A stretch of 64,000 nucleotides of DNA, from positions 1-64,000 of the IMG/VR virus record IMGVR_UViG_3300035698_022190; one strand, written 5' to 3'. Numbering within the stretch: the stretch's first letter is position 1; each line of letters opens with the position of its first letter. Shown piece after piece: positions 40,301 to 53,508 of this stretch. The position numbers were made by a program, and so were the translations under genes. The notes beneath the pieces are model-generated. The model did not search any database. It saw nothing but the letters and a program-made list of their open reading frames with translations, and had not been told where the DNA came from.

Positions 40301-40464
40301 CAACTGATGAAAATATAGCTCCTGCATTTAGAGAAAAAGCAGCACAAGCACTTTATGGTACCTCCGCAGAAGAACACGCTAGGGTTGCAGCAGAGGCTAT
40401 GGTTAAATTAGCAAGAACTGTAAATGAAACAAATCAAATAAGAATCACTTATACAAAAGATTAA
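37393..40464 (+). CDS. Tape measure protein (1023 aa, 4 TGA=Trp)
   Basis: Fragments 37393, 39346 and 39685 share one frame and are separated only by TGA; Gly/Ala/Gln-rich helical; MAEETLKYRVEID start; follows the chaperone. Confidence 0.8.
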
Positions 40465-40465
40465 T

Positions 40466-43400
40466 ATGCAATTAGACCACCCAAAAGTACAAACTTATAA
40501 AACTGATTCAAAACATTCTTTTGAACTGTATTTAGAAGGACTTCAAATTCCCTTCTCGTCGATCACTATAAATGAATCAGAGAACGCTTACCCAACAGCT
40601 AGCATTTCTTTTCCTGCTTCTTCTGGAGTGTTACGTATTTTAGCGGGCACTATTGTGCAAATTTTTGGTCCCGGTTTATTAGAGGTAGATAAAACACAAA
40701 ATAAGACACCCGGAAAAATTTTATTATTTGAAGGACGAGTAAAAAGTTTAACCTACCAAAAACAATCTTTTGGCAGAATAATTATGATAGAGTGTGAAAG
40801 CCTATTAAGTAGTTTTGAAGATGCCAAATTACTTCCTGTTGATTCTTTTGTAACAACACAGGTATCTTCGGCGTTAGGTATAAATAAAGTGGACATCAGA
40901 AACAACCCAGATTTTTCTCCGGACCATATGTCCGATCCAGACGAGCTAGAAGCTTATAAAAATTCAGCTAAAAACTGGTCAGGAGATTTAAAAGATATTG
41001 CCTTAAAAAATACTTTAGGTGGTTTAGCCGTAGAAATTTCTAAACTTTTAAGAAGACCTAATGCCAAAGAAGGCGATTATTTTGAAATCTTTCATAAAAT
41101 GGAGTCTTATTTTGAAGTATATGATCTAATGTACGGAGTAACTGCTTCTGCTTTTAATATGCGGGCTTCTTTGTTAGCCATGCCTAATCCTAAAACTGGA
41201 CTACATAATGCCTTTCGAGCTAAGCTAACGGAAGCGGCTTTAGCAAATTATAAAGCTACTTATGGCAGTGCCGGAGAAATAGGGAACACAGAACAATTTA
41301 CTTTAAAAAACATTTTTGATTCGATCCTTAGTATTCTTAATTATAAATTAATACGTCCCGCTGCAATGCCTTATGCATCTAGATTTTATGCAGGTGCTGG
41401 GAACAAAGGGCCTATTAGAGCCATTATGTCCCCAGAGCTTGATATGAGTCCTCCTGCTTTATGCAATGTATTCTTTCCAGACCAAGTACAAGACTTTCAA
41501 TTTGCTAAAAATTTAAAAAATGAGCCAACAAGGGTTATTGCACAAGCACCTATTGGAAATATAGAGAAATCTGTTTTTAAAATGTATTACCCAATTTATA
41601 TAGCACCAGGGTTACCTTTAAAGCCAAGCGACACTACTAATTCTTACCAAGCAGCACTAACTGTTGAAGAGTCTTACAGGGGAGTTGTTCCAAAATATGT
41701 TGAACTAGACTATACTTTTTATGCAGCCTTAGAAGCTGATATGAACGAGTCAAAGAAGAACAAAGAACAAGGAAAAGAAACATCCTCTACAAAGTCTACC
41801 GAAGATATTACTGTAGATGAATTATATGATTCCGTATTTACTCACGAAGAGGGGTTATCTATAGATATGAGCAGCAGAGTCCGAAAACATAATAACCCAG
41901 GCGCACATATATTTTGTCCGGATGCTGTAGTTTTTGGCGCTACACAAGGCGACCCATTTCCAGATTCAAATGGTGATATATGTTATACGGCTAAATATGA
42001 GACTTGGGAAGAAGGAGTGAAAGCTTCTAAATTTTTTATTGACCGTATTTGGAGACGAAGTGGGTATAATGTCGATAGCTTTGTTCGTACTTATTCAGAC
42101 AATGAGGTAGGAACTGCTAAGCATAACTCATATAGAAAAAGAATCTATGAGAACGCAGGAATAAAAAATCCTGTAACTACTCCAACTTTTAATGAAGCCG
42201 GTGCGCCAGAAGGCTTGTCAATAAAACCAGAAGAATGGGATATAAAAAATGGTCAACTTGGTCAACTATTTAATGAATTAACAACTCTTGAATATGCAAA
42301 AGCTAAAATGGCTCACAAAATGTTTTCTATGAGCTGTGAATGGAGTCCTTATAGAATGATAGGAACTCCCGCTCTGTTTATTGATAGAAAAGGGCCGTCT
42401 ATAACAGGAGTTATAAACTCAATATCAACTACTTTAGATTCTCGAGGGCAGGCTAAAAGCTCTGTAACCTTTAGAAATTCAAAACTAGTTTTTGATCATG
42501 AATTTAATTCTATCTTCTTTTCTTTACCAGAAAACTCAGAGCAAACAGTTGGAGTTTCTTCACAAGTATTAAAAGATTTTGTTTCAGAAAATTTTGTAGG
42601 TGCATCTTCATTAATTTATGATGAAGGGCTTTATGGTCCGTATACAATAGGGCTAGATGCTTATAGTCTTATGTTTTATGGGAAAGGGCATAAGCGTAAA
42701 GAGTTGTCAACCTTTTCAAAAAAGCTTGATGAGAAATCTTTATGAAAAAACGTTAATTCTTTGGAGGGCAACTGACCCGCAAGATATGATCAATCAATAT
42801 TTTCTGTTATTAGGGAGAAGGAAGACTTTTCCCTTAATATACCCAAAGATTACGCCAAGTATATAGACAAATTAATAGCTAAAGGCCTAAACTATAAAAA
42901 CATTTTATATAATATTCAGATGTACCATGCAATACATACGCTAAGACAACAGTATACTGAGATGACCACGGTACAGACTGCATATGGAATAAAACAGCAA
43001 ATACCAAAAAATATGCAACTTTATATAGACGCTATTACATGAAGACCTATTATATCCAAAGAAGCTTATTTAGCTGATCTAGGTGTAGATAATTTAGGAG
43101 ATCTTGTTGATTATGTTGATACAAAAAAACTGTTTACTTCTACTGATTTTGTAGAAAAAATTTATAGTGAAGCTAAAATCGATTCGGAATTATTACTGAA
43201 AGCAGAGAGCGGTTCAACAGAAAATCTTGAAACACATACGAAAAGATTACGCGCTTTGCAACGCTACATGAACGATAATATAGTAGACTGGATGGATTGG
43301 CTGAGAGGGCATATAGTTAAGTCTGGGGTATCTTATGATCTTACAACAAGAGTGGGTATGCAATTTTTAGGTGATCCAAGTAAGGAAAAACAAGAAAAAG

Positions 43401-43897
43401 ATATTTTTGGCAAAATAATTACAAAATATACTCATATTATTGAAACACTTATTTATGATGGTTTGGATGCTGTTAAAGCAGATGTACAAGGTTTACTAAG
43501 TACAATAAATGAAACTCTTACCCAAGTTTCTCCTAAGAACGTAGACTCTTTATTGTTTGCCTTTAATTATCAAGATGCACATAGTCTTGGAACTCCTTTT
43601 CATAGTTTCTTTACTCGAGGTCAACGATTTACACCAAATGATATTATTACGGCAGATGGTTATACATTTACTCTTAATATGCTTAGAAATTTAGAAGGTA
43701 TAAATGAAATGTCAGATCGCCTTGATGAGGAAAAAGAAAAAGAAGGTATTTCTGATAAACCTGAACAAAAACTTAAAGCAGCACAAAAACTAAAAGCAAT
43801 TACAAGACCTTATGCTCTGATTAGAAGAGCACATGTGTTAGAAGGGTTAAAAGAATATATTATTCAAGCAAATAAAAATACAATGGTAACGACATAA
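40466..43897 (+). CDS. Baseplate hub-like protein with embedded lysozyme-like domain (1143 aa, 3 TGA=Trp)
   Basis: ELYLEG..PFSSITI...LLFEG hub-like N-terminus; RKHNNPG...YETWEEGVKA...TYS muramidase-like motif; in frame with the 43256 ORF. Confidence 0.65.
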
Positions 43898-45048
43898 TGG
43901 GAACAGATAAAATTAGTAGTGATACTTCGAAAGATACTGTAGATGGTGGATCAAACACAGGTGTAGATAACTTTCCAGATCAGCCAACTACTAACATAGG
44001 CGATAAGCAAATTTTTATTCAGCCTAATGAAAAAAAAGCTCCAGATGATTTAAGAGAAAACATCAATGCAGCCGTAGATGCAGGAGCACAGCTTTATGTT
44101 CAAACTGCAGATGGACAAATCGTAGCACAAACAAACAAGTTTTTTCTAAATTCATTTTCTTTCGTTACAAAAGAACGAACACAATTGATGGAAACCTTTA
44201 GCGCCCCGTCAATAGCTTTCTTTGGGGAAAGCGCAAGAGTATATACCTTTTCTGGAACGGCGGTAGACTATGCTGGATCAAGAGGACATCGCTTTTATCA
44301 AAGTAGTTTAATAAAACTCTATAATGATATGCTTCGCGGAACTCTTTTAGCGGAGTCTAAACAAATAGCTATTTTAACAATATTAAACCATACAATTTAT
44401 GGGTATCCCCTTTCATTTTCTTCACAATATAATGCACGAAATGATAAAGTAGCTACTTTCGCAATGAGTTGATTAGTAACAGAACATAAATTAGACTTAC
44501 CAGGAATAATAGATGAGCCGCAGCTTGAGTCAACTTATAAATTCAATGCAGTTATCCCTACGGGCGATGCTAAAGATTTACCACCATTAACCGCAACTTT
44601 GCAAGTATTGTCAGACTTTTTTAACTTTACTTCATGGGCTACTGATGCTCCAAAATTTTCTTTTTTGATAGGACGTGATTTTGCTTCTGTGGTCCCATAT
44701 GAATTACAAGCAGCTTTTGGAGAAGACCCAAGTGTATTCACTGACAAATTAACAAAAAAATTAGAAGAAGTGGAAAATGTTTTAAGGGGTGTTGCTAATC
44801 ACCATCATTTCTCTCCGTTATTAAACACACTTTTTGCAGATTCACAAAACCCAGATGAAGATTTAAAAGAGTTAATAGGTCTCGCCTTTAATACATGACT
44901 AGAAAATGCTGCAGCGCTATGGTCAGACAATGTATTAGGGTCAGGCAAGTGGAGCGCATTTAAAGGCGATATGACTCGTCTTGGTTTGTTATATAATAAG
45001 TTATTAACTTTACAACGAGCACAGCTGGCAAAAGCTAGCGTGATTTAA
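43897..45048 (+). CDS. Baseplate/tube-initiator-like protein (383 aa, 2 TGA=Trp)
   Basis: KERTQLMETF..FFGE..RVYTFSG tube-fold-like motif; joins the 44599 ORF; ends at TAA 45046-45048. Confidence 0.6.
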
Positions 45049-45050
45049 TT

Positions 45051-45767
45051 ATGAGCACTTTAAAAGAAAAAGAAATGACGCTTTTTGAAGCCTATAGACA
45101 AGGGGATAATAAAGCAAAATCCGAGTTATTAACTTCACTGGATCCTTTAGTGTACCAACAGGTAAATAAATATAAAGGATCGGGATTGCCAGACATGGCT
45201 TTAAAATTGGAAGCACGTCGTTTAACGTCGAATGCCATAGATACATATGATCCGAGCCGAGCGCAGTTAAATACGCATGTGACCAACTCCTTAAAAAAAC
45301 TAAGTCGTTTTGTAATGAACTATCAAAACATAGGACACATTCCGGAACCAAGAATTTTAATGATCGGCAAGTATAATACTATATTTGATAACCTTCAAGC
45401 AGATCTTGGAAGAGACCCAACCGTTATTGAGTTGGCAGATGCTATGCAAGTTAATTTAGCTGAGATAGAAAGACTTCAACTAGAGCTTAGAAAAGATCTA
45501 TCGATGACTGTTCAGGAAGACGACGAAGAGGGTGGATTTTATTTTTACCAGCCTAATGCAGAACTAGATCAAAAAACAAAACAAATCATTGAGTTTGTTT
45601 ATTTTGACGCAGATTCGATTGATAAAAAAATTATGGAATATATGTTTGGTATGGCAGGAGTACAAAAATTAACTTCAAAAGATATTGGTATGAAATTAAG
45701 ACTAAGCCCAAACCAACTTAAAAAAAGACAGTTACACATAGCTAATGAAATTAAACAATTAATTTAA
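45051..45767 (+). CDS. Second sigma-70-family factor (SigF/FliA-like)
   Basis: YRQGDNKAKSELL, AIDTYDPSR, LGRDPTVIELAD and C-terminal HTH TSKDIGMKL. Confidence 0.8.
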   Translation: MSTLKEKEMTLFEAYRQGDNKAKSELLTSLDPLVYQQVNKYKGSGLPDMALKLEARRLTSNAIDTYDPSRAQLNTHVTNSLKKLSRFVMNYQNIGHIPEPRILMIGKYNTIFDNLQADLGRDPTVIELADAMQVNLAEIERLQLELRKDLSMTVQEDDEEGGFYFYQPNAELDQKTKQIIEFVYFDADSIDKKIMEYMFGMAGVQKLTSKDIGMKLRLSPNQLKKRQLHIANEIKQLI

Positions 45768-47944
45768 TGCCAGATAGACAAGAAATAATAAAAGAATTTA
45801 AAGATAAAGTTACAAGTTCCTTAGCTCCTTTTGGGATTGCTTTAGAAGACCCATGTGATCTAAGTTTATTAAAAGATAAAATAACAGAGCTTAGTGAGGA
45901 TTTTTTAAAAGAAGCAAAAGAATCTATTAATGCCATGTCAGCAGAGGCTATAAGTGCTCAGTTCTGGCCTATCGTCACTCAAGTCTTGGTTGAAGTTTTT
46001 GGAGTAGCAGAAGGAATGGCTGCTGCTTATGTAGATAAAATTGTAGGAGACCTAATGTCTAAGGGTCTCGGAATTGTATATGCAGTATTGGCTTTAGTTT
46101 TAACTTCTATGGACGGGGCTCGTATTGTATTAGATTATTTATCTGTTGTGGCTTTAAAAAAGGCTTTGGAAAAACGTATTGAAATGAACCGTGTTGTGGA
46201 AGTCGATATTAGAATTTTAATAGGTTTTATTAAAAATTTACAAAAGGTAATAGATATTAAAACTGCCAAAGCTGGGCAACTTGGATCTTTAACCTTGGCT
46301 AAAAATAGATTAGATGTCGTATTACAAATACTTGGCGTAGAAATATCGAAACTAAATAATCGAGAAGGGTATGCTGTATCAAAATCAGCTATAGATAGTG
46401 CAGTAATTGGTATTAAAGAAACCATTGCCGACTTAACACAAGGATCATCAAAAGCTTCCGAAACCTTATTAAATAAAGCAGCACAAAAAGCTAGCGAAAG
46501 ACTAAACAAAAAGAATCCTTTTAGTGGTTCACTAAAACCTGTTGCGAATGCGGCAGATCTTGTCACTACTATAAATAAAAATATAAAAGATGTTATTTTC
46601 CAGGACATATCTTCAAACGCGTCGTCAGCACATAATTATGATGCAGCACTAAAGTCACAAATGCGTGTTTTTGATTTATATTTATCAGAAGTATTTCCTT
46701 TGATTCCTGATGCTTTACAGTTAATTTTAGCTCAAGAGTTAGTGGGAAGTTCGGTAAACAGGCTTGTAACTCGTATGCCTATTTTAGGAGGCATTTCCGC
46801 AGAGATTACTAAAAAAGCGACAGAGTGGTTATCAGGACCATCAAAAGAATTGCAAAAAGTATTTCCAGTTACGCCTTCAATTTTAAATGAGCCACCTATT
46901 TTAAAGCAAGAGCCTAAATTAACATGAAAAAGGGTAATGACTGCTGGGAAACTAGCTAAGTCTGGGGTTTTATTAACACCCGATTATTTCGCCTTTTTAC
47001 AAACCGTAGGGTACATAGCAAGTGTCTATTTAAAACCTGCACAAGCTTTAGTAAAAGATGTACGTGATGAAGTACAAGAGGCCATCGAAGGAGTAGAATC
47101 AAAAGTTGTCGAACTTGGGTCTATTCAGAGACAAAAAGCAAAATGGATATCTAGTCTATTAACAGCAAAAGGCTTATTAGAAAGTACCACACCTACTATT
47201 AATTTTGAGTCTGGGAAGTCAATAAACGTAGCGGAATCTTTACAATTACAACAATTTTCTGATACTTTATTAAGTGAAATAAAACTAAAAATACAAAAAT
47301 TTAGTTATGACGGGGACTCGGCACAAGCTATATTAGAGCCTGGAGATAAAGTACATGCTTTAGCACAAAAGTATTTGTCCCCATTAATGGCTACACAAGC
47401 TGTTTTGTTTAATCCAAAAGTTTTACATCGAATGGCTCCGGGATTAATTGGAATAAAAACTTTATTAGGTCAACAGCATGCCCAAGATTTAGAAATTTTA
47501 AATCTATGTAATCGTTATATTGCTAGTATGCAGGGGTCTCCTGTGTTTCGATTAATTAAGGCTGAATATGATGCAATTTTTAATACAATAGGAAAAGTTG
47601 ATAGTGTTATAGATAAAGTAAAAAACGGTGATCTGTCTGATTTAGTGGCTGTCTTAGACACTTCAAGACTTTTAAGCGATATTTCACACATGGCTGCATG
47701 TTTTAGTCAAGACTTAAAGCTAAACAATATTCCTTCTATTGAAGATGGTATTTGAGATGCTTTATCAGAGCACTGGGGGTCTGCAAAGAAATTTAAAGAA
47801 TGGGAAAAAAATAAAGATAAAATGATTACTGATCTAAAAGACAAATTAACTGACTTAACAGATCTCACTAATGTAGCTGATTTTATCATTGCTCAATTTA
47901 CACAATTAAGTAAAATTAAAGATTTTATTGGAGGAGAAGGATAA
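45767..47944 (+). CDS. Helical virion-associated hypothetical protein (725 aa, 2 TGA=Trp)
   Basis: The 45767 and 46937 ORFs are in frame; TAATG coupling at both ends once TGA is read through. Confidence 0.6.
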
Positions 47945-48468
47945 TGGCTAATATCTTTTATAACAAAGACGAAAACGGTAATTACACCGAACAAGGGGCT
48001 TTATATGTAACTTTAGGGAATGTTACTTTTGCTGATATTGCCGTAATTAATTTCAGTAATGTAAATAGTACTGGAGACGTGTCCTACAGATTAAGTCCTT
48101 CTGGAGATTATGTTACCGGCAGCAATAACTTGCTTCAAAGGATAATAAAAAGTATATTAACAGTACAGGGGTCTAGTGCTTATGATCCAAAATTTGGAAG
48201 TCAATTTTATGGGATGTATCAAACGATTAGTCTTGATGAAATTGATGATATCAAATCTAAATTCCCTTTGTTTTTAAAAATACTAACAGATACTTTAATA
48301 GAAGAAGATTTAACAGCCATTGCTAATGGCTATACTATAAAACCAGAGGAACGCTTACAAGACTTAGTTCTTGAAAATATAGAATATGACGACACTTTTA
48401 GTGGATGATTAATAACTATACGTGTAAAAACACTGGCTAATACCTCATTAATAATTACATTACCATAG
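47944..48468 (+). CDS. Baseplate wedge protein, gp25/GpW-like (174 aa, 1 TGA=Trp)
   Basis: VTG...LLQRIIKSILT..GS..YDPKFGS motif; precedes the baseplate J gene. Confidence 0.75.
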
Positions 48469-48477
48469 GGTAGACTT

Positions 48478-51400
48478 ATGCTAGATATAAAAAACTTTAT
48501 TATAGAACAAATAAAAACCACCAATCCAAACGCTGATGTTAGAACAGGATCAGTTTTTAAGGACTTAGTGCTAAACCCCCTTAGCTCAATTTTAGCGGGA
48601 TACCAACAAGAGCATGAAAGTTTCTTACAAAGAGAGGCCGTTACAAATCTTACAGAACTGGCTTCATCCGAACTAGACTCTGTTGCTTCTAACTTCTTGA
48701 TTACAAGAAACGAAGGATCCTACTCTGTTGGTGAAGTTAAAATTTATTTTAGCGATCCAAGAGCAATTTCATTTCCAGCTGGGACAATTTTTACTACAAA
48801 CACTGGTTTAGAATATCAGACTTTAGCAACATTTACCTTAAGTAAATTTCAAATGGAACAAAATGTTGTTGATTTTCCTAACTATGATACAGGATCTATT
48901 GCTTTAAGAGCAATGTTACCTGGCATAAAGCACAACATCCCAGAAGGAACTATTTTAACTTTTTCTAGTAGTGTAAATTTATCTCCAGTAAGAATAACGG
49001 CTGTCTCTGGATTTACTGGTGGAACTGCTCATGAAGACAATGATTCCTTATTTAGACGTTTAAAAGATACAGTTCACAACAAATCACTTGCAAGTGCCTA
49101 TGCTATAAAAGCTAAAATTGTTGATAACTACGATGACGTAAAAAACGTTAAGGTCGTTGGTTCTGGACACCCACTAATGATTAGAGATTTAACGACAATG
49201 GTTTCAGATATAGCAAGTTATAAATCAGAAGATTTTTATCTTGTATACTCAGGGCAACATTCAGAGCTTTATGATAAAAGTCATGAAGCATATCTAAATT
49301 TCTTTAATGACCCGCTACCAGGAATTCTACCAACTATGCCGGCCGTATCAGGATGATTATCAGAACTAACAACTGCGCAGTATCAAAGTGTATATAAATC
49401 TACTGATGCTTATTACTTAGAAGAAAATAACCAAGCCCTTATTCATGAATCTTTTGCAGAATTGATTGATCCGGACAACCCACAAGCAGCTTTACAGCTT
49501 ATTATTGATAATAATAAGTGGTATGTAAGTGATGGCGCTAATCCAACAAATGAAGTTTTTTATATTGATGAAATTAATGTAGAGGGCGGAAAACTAAGAT
49601 TAGGAAAATATCTAGATCCGGATGCTGAAGATAAACTGCTACATTTACCTTACTCAGAGATGGCTCTTTTAAATGATTTAGCTACCTCTAGATTACCTGG
49701 AACGACCGAGCGACTTGAGCTAGCTATTTCGGGAATGACTTCTACAGAACAATATAATAATACTGCACCAATATTTCATCGTGAGCTTTCAGAGCACACA
49801 GGAATTCAAATAACTTTTAATTTTGAAACAACTGATGATACTGTAAATGGTGAGATGGCATATGCCACTGTATTTAGAAATTCAAATTTTTATCAGCCAC
49901 AGGATGGTTATGGTGTTGCCTTTAGAAAACAGCCAGACTATTTAATTCGTATGGCTGCCGAAACACACACAGCCGCTGATATTGCCACCTTTACCGAACA
50001 GTACGGAGTGGCTCCTACCAAATTTGGTGCAGCTTTATTAGCAGATAACACACTATGAAAATATAATGTTTATTTAGTTGATAACGATGTACTTCAAGAA
50101 GAAATTTGGGTGGGCGGAGAACAACTTTGAGATCAAACATCTGGGAAGAACCAATTCATTGTTGCTGGAAAAGCATGGATAGAAAACGATGTAACTTATA
50201 ATGTAAAAATGAATATATATAGTACTATGGCTACTGAAGTATGACTATATGAAGTAGGACAAGCGCAAGGCTCCGCTATTATTAGTCGTGGCGCAACTGA
50301 TCCGAGATATGTTCCAATTGCTAATGAAGATATAGATGCAATAAATGGTGTAATTACTCAACGAAATCATTTTGGATTGGCTGTGGCTCAAACACGTAAC
50401 AATGAGTGGTATTTTGACGATTTAAATATTACAAGTTTTGCCTCTAAATCTCCAAAACATTTATTTAGAATCAATGTTGCAGATACAGAAATAGCGGCTG
50501 ATGACGACTTTGAAGTCAATTATTATGGAGCTGGATATGATCCAGTCTTATATTTAGCGGACGGAAATACCGGCCATAGCAAGACACTTGCACAAGTATG
50601 AAATGAAAATAGCAGCGCATGGGAAGATATAGGTACACATACTTATACAATTGCGGATTCAAAAGCAAACCAGTTAATTACAGATCAATTTACTCCATTA
50701 AGTAACTATACAGACGCAGGTGGTTTTTTAAATATTGCGGCCTTGGCACATAACTTTGGAGCAGCTTTTCCTAGTGACACGCAACACGGATTAAGAACCC
50801 ACTATGTTGAAGTAAATAATATAACCCCAGACACAGTACATCGTGGTAATGCAATGGACATATATGTTCAAGACCCAGATAATATAATAAAAGGGTCTAC
50901 AGCACAGGTAATGACTTCTAATACCTTGTTAGTACACAATATGCCAAGCATTCCAGGGTTTATCCAAGAGATACTTGAAGTGCGGGAGGGCATTTCTAAA
51001 GTAGCTTATGATGCATCGACATATTCAATTACGAATTTAGCAGACGGAGATAGCTACTCAGCAGATCAACAATATTCTATTGCTTTTGCTTCTGGTGATA
51101 TGACCGGGACTTTAATTGAAGTTGTTTATAGATATTGAAGCAACGGTGTTGCTGTGGCAACCTTATTAACGCAAGATGATGTGCGCTTCCCATTAGCCGA
51201 TAATAAAGTTAAAGTAATGGCCCCAACAATTATGAATATTACTAGCTTAATTTATTCAGGCGGATTACCAGCTGCCGAAATGAAGACATCTATTGCTACA
51301 TATTTGAACGGGTTAACAACAACCCAATTTGATAAGTCTGATCTTATTAATCATATGTATGACCAAGGTGCTAATTATGTAGATACTGATATTAAAATCA

Positions 51401-51534
51401 CTATCAGAGAATACGATACAGAGGCGACAAAGACTACTCGTAAAATGACGGATAGTCGATATACACTTCGTACAGATGTTGTAAGTCACTTCTACACTAA
51501 CGAAGATGAACTTTCAGGAGTTGTACAAATATAA
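48478..51534 (+). CDS. Baseplate J/gp47-like wedge protein (1018 aa, 6 TGA=Trp)
   Basis: GSVFKDL, LDSVASNF.ITR, FPAGT.F and FTGG..HEDNDSL..R motifs; five listed fragments in one frame with no TAA/TAG until 51532. Confidence 0.8.
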
Positions 51535-52979
51535 TGTTTAATACTACATCACCAGTTAATCCTTCTTATATTTGGCAGTTACTAGGCTCATTTTATAGTC
51601 TATTAGATAGCGACAGTAAAGAACTTATTGAAGCTTACTGACAAGGATTGTTAAATGGTACAGAAGGGCTATTTTATAATTTAGCACAAACACATTTATC
51701 TATGTACTTAGAAAAAACCCCAGGTTACATCGAGCACGGCTATGAAACTTTCGACTTCCGGTTCTCTGGTTTGGACCCAAACTATTCGTCCCGAGTTCGG
51801 TTTGAACCGCCAGTCGTTGTCGCGGAGCCGGACACACCGAGCGGCGATAACGAATTATACAGCTATGTAGTAACCAGTGTTTATGATACTGGTGAGTCTA
51901 CACCTTCATTACCCGCACTACTTGTGAGTGGTGCAAGTGACCTTTCAGCTACACCAAACAACCTAAGTTGGTCGGCAGTATCTGGGGTGGATAGTTATAA
52001 TATATACGGAAACACACAAAACAGTTTTTTCTATTTAGGAAATACTACAGGAGCCACTTTTATTGATAATGGTATAACAGCCACTACTGCTGTACCCCCA
52101 ACAGTAAATACAGCCATTAAATCTTATTTGTTTGACCTCCCGGCTAACAGAAATTATTTAACAATGCCTGTACTTAGTGGGATAGACTCTGCTCAAATTT
52201 TAGCTGAAAATACTGATTTTACTATAGAGCAATTAACAAAAATAAAGTTTTTAAATACTTTAACACTTACAGAAGAAGTAGATAAAATTCAAATAACAGA
52301 ACCAGTGAGTGGGGAATATTCTTTAAAAGTGTTGAACCCATCAAGTTTGACTATCTTACCTTCTCTGACATCTATATACTTTCCGGCATTTGGTCAAGAA
52401 AATAATCCATCTTCAATAATAACTAGTGGTTTTTATAACCCACAATTAAGTGGCTATTATGATGCAGAAACAAGTTATTTTGATAAGAGGGCGATGTATG
52501 GGAAACACTTATCACGCTGAACACATGCGATGGTTTCTGGGTTAAGAGCCGCACCTACTATTGTAAATATTACAAATATAACTGGCCTATTATATAACTT
52601 ACCATTTTCCTATGAATCTGGAACTTTAACAGGGGTAGTTTTAGCCGGAGAATACAATTATGCTACAATTGAAGGAACAGAAACCGCTTGTTATCGTGTC
52701 CCTAGTGGGTTATATTTAAAGTATGAAGTAGGCGATACTGTCGGTCAGTATAATATCTTATGTTCAGGTATACAAGTCAACGATTACTTAAGTGATGAAA
52801 TAATAATTTCAGGACTAATGGATAGAGAAGGATCAACCACAGATTTAGATGTTTTTGCTCACCATAAAGGCGGAGCGAATCCTTATTTTCATATAGCAAA
52901 AAGTGTAGAAGAAGACACAGTTACCGCGCCACTCACTTCACCAATAGTATTAAATTACGAGGGGGGAGAAAATGGCTAA
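51534..52979 (+). CDS. Baseplate wedge/structural protein (481 aa, 2 TGA=Trp)
   Basis: MFNTTSPVNPSYIWQLLGSFY... joins the 51648 and 52530 ORFs; FN3-like LSWSAVSGVDSYNIY segment. Confidence 0.6.
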
Positions 52980-53493
52980 TTTCCTTTCAATTATTATTGG
53001 AACTGAGTATACATTAAAAATTTATAATCGTCTATTTGCAGAACATCCGTGCATAATAACAAGCAGTAGTACAGGTGGAAGTTATGATGATATAATCACC
53101 GATGGCGTAGTTTATCATTATGTAAATTCGGACGGGGAGACTTATGAGGGAGCTGTTAATTACGATCTTGACACCGGAGATATTTATTCTTTAAGTGTTT
53201 TTGATAAAGATAATTCAGTAAAACTAGATATCATAAAAATCGTTTTTACACCCGATGCTTCAGCTACTTGATTAACTCCTTACATACAATCTGGAAAAGA
53301 CGCTACTATGGGAAGACCTTTATATAGAATAAGTGAAGCAGGGGCTATTTTAAATGCACAACAATTTTACTATATATTAGGAATTGGGCACCAATCAGAA
53401 GTGGAAAATTTTAATTACGCAAACACATTTATAGACTTTTACACAAAACAAGTTTTACCTGCAAGTGTAGATGCTAAACTATACACAATTTAA
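52972..53493 (+). CDS. Baseplate-associated protein (173 aa, 1 TGA=Trp)
   Basis: The 52972 and 53308 ORFs are in frame; ends KQVLPASVDAKLYTI. Confidence 0.55.
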
Positions 53494-53508
53494 TGAGGAA
53501 AGAAAAAA

